A stretch of DNA of 64,000 nt. Source: Lama glama (taxonomy: Eukaryota). The stretch spans positions 64,606,001 through 64,670,000 of the forward strand of contig CM052817.1 in assembly GCA_028534125.1 (NCBI GenBank), written 5' to 3'. The notes beneath the pieces are model-generated. The model had not been told where the DNA came from, searched no databases, and saw only the letters and a list, made by a program, of their open reading frames with translations. Shown piece by piece: positions 56,401 through 64,000 of the stretch; within the stretch, counting starts at the first letter, position 1, and every line of letters starts with the position of its first letter. The translations under genes were made by a program, and so were the position numbers.

Positions 56401-56500
56401 GATCAAAGAAGAAATCTTAAGAGAAATTTAAAAAAATGTTTTGAACTTAATGAAAATGAAATCAGAACTTAAAATTTGTGGGTTGGAGTGAAAGTAATGC
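53444..56500 (+). mobile_element. 5' half of an old L1 (L1MC-like): 5' UTR, decayed ORF1, inter-ORF region and ORF2 endonuclease domain
   Basis: ORF1-like IENFLKLMSDTKPQIKEAQ (54685) and RILYPVTLSLKSEGEIK. APE-like TTAAATGCTGCTAGTCTAAATGCATCAATTAAAAGA and GGACTTCAACATCCCTCTATCA. Many stops. Confidence 0.85.
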
Positions 56501-56612
56501 TTTTCTTGTAGTTGGTATATTGTAAGTTATCCATTGTTATAAGTAACCTGAGCATATCTTTTCCTGACTGGAACTGTGGAGACTCTGGAAGACCTGACAG
56601 GCTGGAGAAGTA

Positions 56613-56895
56613 CAGGCATACCTCATTTTATTGTGCTTCACTTTATTGCACTTCACAGACCCTGAATTTTCAAAAATTAAAGGTTTGTGGTAATTCTGTG
56701 TTGTCAGAGTATGGTTAGCATTTTTTTAAGCAATAAAGTGAAGTTGCACACTTAATAGACTACAGTATGGTGTAAACATAGCTTTTATATGTACTGGGAA
56801 ACCAAAAAAAAATTTCATGTGATTCACTTTATTGCTATATTCGATCAATTGCGGTGGTCTGGAACAAAACCTGCAGTATCTCTGAGGTGTGCCTG
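56613..56895. mobile_element. Internally deleted Tigger1 derivative (MITE-like)
   Basis: TA|CAGGCATACCTC...GAGGTGTGCCTG|TA terminal inverted repeats with TA duplication. Confidence 0.88.
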
Positions 56896-57371
56896 TACAA
56901 GGAATAGTTTCATGATTAAATGTAGCAGGAAATTAAAATGGAACCTTTCATGTTATCTCAATTTTGTCTAAGTATTCCAAGGCCAAGTAATATAGGTGTC
57001 AAAATTATCCCAGCATTCTAAGGCAAAATACTAGATTACCTTATGTAGGACATGCTAAGACAGAAAATTTCTTCTGTCAGAATTAGCTCACTTCCTGCCT
57101 CTGAGTTATATAAAGGAGAGCAGAGACTTCATGGGGAAGGGCAGAAATGGTTTGGAGGAAGGATTTCTTTGGAGAGAGTCGCCAGTGTGCTGTAAATGCC
57201 CTTCCTACTTCCTGGTGAGGATGATGGAAGCACTTCTCCTTTATCTGAAGCCAAGAGAAGAAAACATTCAAAAAGCATGAAATGTTTTCTCTGGTACCTT
57301 GAGTAGAAGACTCTGTTATCTGAAATAAATTAGGGAAAAAAAAAAAAAAAAGGCTAGAGAGGCTGGCTAGA

Positions 57372-57389
57372 ACAGCCACCTGGTGGCAG
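57372..57389. promoter_or_regulatory. Candidate CTCF site upstream of ADH5 (near-palindromic)
   Basis: GCCACCTGGTGGC at 57375-57387; minus strand GCCACCAGGTGGC matches the CTCF core. Confidence 0.5.
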
Positions 57390-58479
57390 AATGAAGTAGA
57401 GCAAAGTTTGGGGACAAGAACACACATGTTTCCCATGGACCAAAGGTGGAAACTGCAAAGAGATAAACTTGTAGATCATCTTAAAAGGAACTTCACTAAA
57501 AAGACCCATCTGGAGAGGTTAATGTGAGCCCGGTGAAAGCCAAGGGCTGAAGGCAAAGTCTTGGTCAGTTGTAGAAAGAATCATCCCTGTGAAGGAATTG
57601 CAGGTAGGAGATCCCCAGTGGAGCAGAAGATTTTTGTGAAACCCGCAGGAATTCCCCACTTAAGAAGGAATCCAGTATCTAAAGGATGCTAGACGCAAAG
57701 GGCACCAATGTCAGGTTGCAACACTGTGGGTCGTGTAAAATGTGCTTTCCTCCAAATTTCCCCTCTTTCTAGGCTGGGCAATGGAGGGGGCTTGAAGCAG
57801 TTGTTGGCAAGTGTGGGAGGAGATGGAATACAGAAACAAGAAGAAGCAAGCCCCTTTTCTTCTCAAGCCCCTTTCTACTGCAGATTTAATTTCCTGTGGC
57901 GGCAATGGCAGTCAAACTAGTGGTGGTGCCCTCTATCCACGGGTGGTATTGACAGTTCAGTCTGCAGCCTCTGGGGCCTGAGGGCAAGGAAAATGGTGAC
58001 CAGATCAGTTCTGCTACGTGGGTTTGGACATAATTTCAAGCTGAATATCTTTGAAAGTGTTTTCTAGTCCTTTTGGTAGTTCTGTAAACTGCCATACTTT
58101 AAATAAATTCCTTATTATTTTAAATTAGCCAGAACTGATTTCTGTGACTTGCAGGGCAACCAATCAAAAACAGTATCAGAAGTTTTACAAGAAAACAGAC
58201 ACCAGGGAAATGGGTCAGTCTGGGATTACTTATCTGACCTGGTTGAGGCTGAAAGCTGTGAAAATTCAGTTGATTCTAAGGAGTAGATTATCTCTACTTA
58301 TGGCAGGGTGAAACAGTTAATAAATAAACTCTGATTTCCTGGAAGTAAGTATTAAAGGCGAAGTATTGGGGGCCACAAGGTTTTTGCCAAAGAAGAGTAT
58401 TAAAAGAGCATAAGTCATTTAAAGCTTGTAGCGGTAGATAGTTGCTTCTGCAAATGTGGTACAGTTAATGAAAGAGAAT

Positions 58480-58930
58480 GATAAATTCTGCTGCTCAGTG
58501 ATGTCAGGGCTCTAGTTCAGCTTCTCTGCCATTCTCTTGTCTTCCCCATCATGGTTGCAAGATGGCTGCTGCAGCTCCAGCCTGTAATGTACTTACATGA
58601 CAATATCCAAAGGCAGGAAAGAAAGGGTCTTTTTTTTTTTTTTTTAAACTCAATCCCCACCTCTTTTTTTACATCAAGAGGGAAATCGCTCCCTCAGCAG
58701 ACTTCCCTTTATGTTTCACTCATCAGAATGAAGTCATGTGTCTGTCCTAAGTCAGTCACTAGCAAAGAGAAATGGGATTAGATCAATCATAGCTTAACTT
58801 CTGGAGCTGAGGGAGAGTCCCATCTTCCCTGAGCTCATTATTGCCTGTTTCTGGAGTAAAATTGGGGTTCTGATTGGAAGGAAGAAGAGAGGAATGGTTA
58901 ATGAGTAGGAATCTAGTGTGGGCAACACAT
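58480..58930. mobile_element. MaLR LTR (MLT1-like)
   Basis: CATGGTTGCAAGATGGCTGCTGCAGCTCCAG, CAGCAGACTTCCCTTTATGT and AAAATTGGGGTTCTG motifs. Confidence 0.65.
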
Positions 58931-58999
58931 TTTTGGGGTAGCTTTCATCTATTTATAGTATGACCTTAAGAATTGCCATCTTTGAGTAGAACCTAGAGC

Positions 59000-59830
59000 A
59001 AGAGAAGTTCAGCTGGTCTAGCCTGCTATGAGGACAACCCTGATGCTTTCCTTTAATGGACTGAATAGCTTTTAAGTGACCGTGGCAGGATGTTGTATGG
59101 AGCCTGTAGCAAGCTCCAGTAGTAGAATCATGGTGGAGAACCTGGAGTTTAGAGCAAAGTCATACTCTCTTCAGTCCTGGTTATGATGAAAAATGCCTGA
59201 CCATGAGTCACTAGGTAATCATGCTATCTGACTTTCTCACCATATTGGATCCACAAATTTAGAAGGCTGCATGTGCCCAGGGGGGATAGCCTTATCAAAG
59301 GAATTGGATATATAGAGGAATAGACCCAAGCAGATCGTGGAGGTCTAATACATTGCCTGAGCATATGACACACACTCCTACTGCATTTCCATCCCTCAGG
59401 GAGATTCCCTATGATCAGTTTATAGAGGAGGAAGAGAATTTCAGCATGGTTATTATATAGTCTGCACAATATTCTGGCAGTTGGTAGAGGCAGACTCAGG
59501 GAATCTTGCCAGGGTACAGAACTGCAAGCATTATATCACTGTGAGTTCTCTTTGAGCAGAATGAAATTGTCTGAGATATAAATCTACATTGATTAATAGG
59601 CAGTAATTAATATTTGGTCAGATGATCAGGGACTTTGAAGGAATGAGGTTGTAAGATTAGTAATAAGGAAATCTGGAAAAGAGATAATGTGGATGGACAT
59701 TTCATAGCAGGCACTGAGTGTGAGGAAAATGTGTATTTCATGTGATTCTTACCAAAATGTCTGACTTGGGGAGGGATTGTCAATAATCAGGTGAACAAAG
59801 TGACCCATCCTGGGGATGCTGTTTAGCAGG
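59000..59830 (+). mobile_element. ERVL-type internal pol (RNase H) remnant
   Basis: Decayed reading similar to ERVL RNase H: ...YID*xAV...KISNKEIWKR...MWMD...FHVxxxQ...NNQVNK; disrupted. Confidence 0.5.
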
Positions 59831-60160
59831 CAACACTGTCTTTGGAGTTTTACAAGAGCTTTTGGTTTAAATAACATTTGTAGTAACAGAGAATGAATTT
59901 CTTTTTAACGAAAACCAGAAGACGTTCTAGTGACAGTTTTGAGTGTTCACACATCTCTATATTGCTATGGAGAGCAAAATGATATTCTTGGGAAGGTTCT
60001 TAATTTAATACCTTATCAAGTCAGGTTTTTAAAAGTAGCTTATGATGCAGAATTTCTCTTTTCAAGGCTACAAAGGATTCTTTCTCAGAATCCTTTGGTT
60101 AATTATGAAGACTTTTATTTCTTAAATTTTATTAGCTGTATTATAAGCGGGCCTATAGAA

Positions 60161-60952
60161 TCATTAAAAAAGTCCACAAATGATAGATGCTAGAGAGGGT
60201 GTGGAGAAAATGGAACCCTTCTACACTGTTAGTGGGAATGTAGTTTGGTGCAGGCATTATGGAAAACAGTATGGAGATTCCTCAAAAAACTAAAAATAGA
60301 TACCATATGATCCAGCAATCCCACTCCTGGGCATATATCCAGAGGGAACTCTAATTCAAAAAGATACATGCACCCCAATGTTCATAGCAGCACTATATGA
60401 AATAGCCAAGACATGGAAACAAGTGTCCATTGACAGATGACTGGATAAAGAAGTTGTGGTATATTTATATAATGGAATACTACTCAGCCATAAAAAGTAT
60501 AAAATAATGCCATTTGCAGCAACATGGATGGACCCAGAGATTGTCATTCTAAGTGAAGTAAGCCAGAAAGAGAAAGAAAAATACCATATGATGTCACTTA
60601 TATGTGGAATCTAAAAAAAAAGAAAAAAGAGGACACGAATGAACTCATCTACAAAACAGAAACAGACTCATGGACATAGTAAGCAATCTTACGGTTACTG
60701 GGGAAGGGAATGGGAAGGGATAAATTTGGGAGTTTGAGATTTGCAAATGTTAGCCACTATATATAAAAATAGATTAAAAACCCCCCAATTTTTTGTATAA
60801 CACAGGGAACTATATTCAATAGCTTATAATAACCTTTAATGAAAAAGAATATGAAAATGAATATATGTGTATATATATGCATGACTGGAACATTGTGCTG
60901 TACGCCAGAAATTGACACATGTTAACTGACTATACTTCACTTAAAAAGAAAA
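60161..60952 (+). mobile_element. 5'-truncated young L1 (ORF2 C-terminus, 3' UTR and A tail) with TSD
   Basis: ORF2 Cys-rich region remnants (PYDPAIPLLGIYP; KDTCTPMFIAAL). TSD core GGCCTATAGAA at 60150-60160 and 60958-60968. Confidence 0.92.
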
Positions 60953-61841
60953 AATCAGGCCTATAGAACAGAATTTTATTGACAGAAATGGAGAAAAGGA
61001 AAAAAATGTTATTTAATAATAATAAAATAGGAGGATATAGTTTTTTTCTTTATTATTAAATGCCTCACTTACTTATAATTTCTTTCTAAAAAGATCTTGA
61101 AACTTCAGAGAAGACAAATGGTCTATCCTTGTGTTCAAGTGGTAGACTAAGAGCATTCTGGTTTAATCGCATTCCAGAGAGGAAGTATTTAGGGATTTTA
61201 TACAGCTCAATATTTGTCAATAATGGAGATGATTGACTAAAGAATACTAAAAATTTAGCCTGCATTTACTGATATATCATTCAGAATAGGTATATTATTC
61301 AGACTGCATATGGAATATAGAGTTCAAGAATACTTAGAGATATTTAATTAGGAATAGAGAGTACACGGTGGTAGGGGAGAAGAGGGGGTGTCAGCTGTCT
61401 TCACATAGCAGATGGACTGAACTTTGTGATGCTCCAGAGAGCAGAACTGGGGACGCAGACCTTAGCTTTAACCATAAGGAAACAATTGGCCTGCCATCTG
61501 CGAAGCGCTTAAAGAATGTGAAAAATGGCTTTGCCCTCAAGAAGCTATAGTCCACTGAAAATGCTGAAGAATCAGATGAAATAATGTACATGAAAATACT
61601 TAAAAAAATGTCAACTGTGATATAAATGAAAGTTGTTATTCTCTCTCTGAATTTCTCAAAGAAAATAGATGGGAAAATGTTAAAAAAAAAAACAAAACCA
61701 AAAACCAAACACCAGAGGGCATTGTAGTAGCATTTAGAAAACAATGACAGTCCATGTTTGAAGACAGTTAATGTACCCTAAAAATGCATTTTTTTTCTTC
61801 TCTCAAGAATACACTGTGATTGTATTGCCTTCTAAATTCAG

Positions 61842-62012
61842 AATTGGATTACAGAATTATTGAATTACAGAATTACTATTTAATTTTTTTCTTGGGTGGA
61901 AGGAGGTAGTTAGGTTTATTTATTTATTTGTTTTGACGGAGGTCCTGGGGATTGAACCCAGGACCTTGTGCATGTTAAGCGCTCCTCTACCACTGAGCTA
62001 TACCCTCTTCCC
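61842..62012 (-). mobile_element. tRNA-Ala-derived SINE (Vic-1-like, long form) with 15-bp TSD and extra 3' sequence
   Basis: tRNA-like head. GCCTTCTAAATTCAG at 61827-61841 and 62013-62027. Confidence 0.9.
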
Positions 62013-64000
62013 GCCTTCTAAATTCAGGTATTAGTCACCTACTAACCAGCATTCTTAAAAACTTGTAATAGTTTCAGTCCAAAATGTCATTTAAAGAATA
62101 GACCTGTGTATCTTAATATATTAGAGAATTCAAACCTTTAAATTTTTTTTTTTTTTTGGTTTGTTTTGCTTTTTCTTTTGAAGGGATCAAGTTCTATTCC
62201 AGTTTTGTTTCAGTGGCTTGACGCCCTGAGAATACTATAATTTGTGTTGTCCCTAGTAGTTCAAAAAGTAACATTTAAAAGATAAAGAACAAATACTAGA
62301 GCCCTCAGGAAAAGCAGACAATTGTCAGTAGTCTGCAGATTATTTTTACGTCTCTAAAGTGCAGTTTTTAAGTGAAGTTTTCTGCATGTTGCCAAATGAA
62401 TTATTGTTACATGATTTTTGTTGTTTCTGTAGTATCATATAAATACTTAATATTCATATCTTATTTTAAGAGAGAGAGAGAGATGTTTGGGTAACTAAGA
62501 CATTAGGTGTTCATTTTGAAGAATTATATTATAATTATGTTTATGAGGAGTTTCAACTGGGGGCCTGGATGAGAAAAAAGGTCTCTGCTGTGAAAGGAAT
62601 GGTAAACCCCATACACATCACTGTGGGTTTTCACTGATTTTGTAAATAACCCTAGCAGCCTTGTTAAGAATAATGAGTTTTTTTATTTTTCAAATCACCT
62701 AACCAGACGTGGAAAAATAAAAGACTGATAGAGGCAGGGATGCTGACTGCAGGAGTGATTGGAGAGAGAGATAACTATTGTATCACAACTTAGTTAATCA
62801 TTTATTATTAACTTAGTTATTAATTTTTATTAATTTAACCTTATTAATAAAAATAGTGCTCATAATGATTCTCCGGAATTATTAAGATTAGATTTGTGAT
62901 TCTCTATTTAGGAAAAAAGAGGAGCATAGAAAATGTTTTGGAAAAGTTTCATTCAAAAGGGCTAGTATAAATTATTTGGACACTTGTGAGGATAAACTTT
63001 GGTATCAGACAACATGTATCTATTGAGCCTCTCTAATAGACAGAACAATAGATTCAAAGATCATTCTGCCTTCAAGGAGTTTACAAACATATACTTGAAA
63101 AACTAACAGTGGAAGCAACATGTCTTAAGATTTCAATAAAGACACTAAGACCCAAAGGAGATCAGGAGAGGAAGATAGCTTTGTGGCTGCCAAGATCTGA
63201 AAAGGAGTTGGGTCCCAATCTGGACCTGGGAAGAATGGAGGAAGCCGAGGAGAGGAGGGGAAGGCACGAGGAAAAAGGACATAACTGATACATGAAATAG
63301 GAAGAGAGAGGCCAACCACCTGTGGGGTGCATCCTGTTCCCCACAGTACCAACAGGAAGTCTTTACAGGTGAATTCTCTGGCCTCCATTTCTAATGAAAG
63401 AGAATCTTAAATAAGCAGGAATATGTTTCCACTTTGAGGTATTACTACCTTCCTCAGCCAAAACTTCAGAGAAGTTTATCTTCTCTCAGAATTCAATGTG
63501 TGGTAAACATGAAAAAAATAAAGAAATTGGTAGGTTTCAGAAGTTATGCTAAATTGAGAGCTAGTTTTTGTTACTCTAGTCTGAATTATCTATCTTATTC
63601 TTAAACTGTCCATTGTAGCATCTATAAGTATAATAGTTTGAAAATTTGCAATTTGCTTTTTATATACATCTTTTTATTTATTATATCTTATAACTATAAA
63701 TATTTTTACTTACTACATTGATTATAAGAACATTGTCCTTTGTCACTTCTAGTTGTCTATAGAAAATAGATTACTTAGTGCAGATTATAGATGGTTAACT
63801 CTGTGATGCTCTAAAGATTATATATTGTGGTATTATCAAAGATGAAAAGGGGAATTATTTAATAATGATGGAAATTTGAAAGTATAGATGTATTTTCTTT
63901 TAAAATAATCTCTGTATGTATTCATTTATATAGTTTCTGATAGATCACTACTTGTAATTATAGTTCACAGTGGTAAGGTGGGGCTAAGAGAAATTAACAA

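Noticed and set aside
62050..64000. Terminal exon of the next ADH gene (ADH4 expected from synteny)
   Set aside because: No convincing ADH C-terminal coding sequence or acceptor was found on the minus strand.

Overview
This is mammalian genomic DNA containing two convergent housekeeping genes. METAP1 (methionine aminopeptidase 1, + strand) is present from exon 2 to exon 11 (7475-31807); exon 1 lies upstream of the window. ADH5 (class III alcohol dehydrogenase / S-nitrosoglutathione reductase, - strand) is complete: 9 coding exons at 51150-41146, 374 aa, with a CpG-island promoter at about 50760-51500. All exons were mapped by hand, have GT-AG boundaries and join in frame. The rest is intron and intergenic sequence with typical eutherian repeats (L1, L2, MIR, MLT/ERVL, Tigger, MER). 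Six young tRNA-Ala-derived SINEs resemble camelid Vic-1, so a camelid source is likely (inference). I found no convincing new multi-gene system. The most notable observations are: (1) a TAA two codons before the ancestral METAP1 stop, removing the C-terminal QF; (2) a MER41-like ERV1 solo LTR about 550 bp upstream of the ADH5 ATG and pointing at it, next to a strong antisense splice donor; (3) no upstream AUGs in the ADH5 5' leader; (4) two strong CTCF-like motifs; (5) several retrotransposition scars. Repeat family names and comparisons with human proteins come from recall, not database searches.
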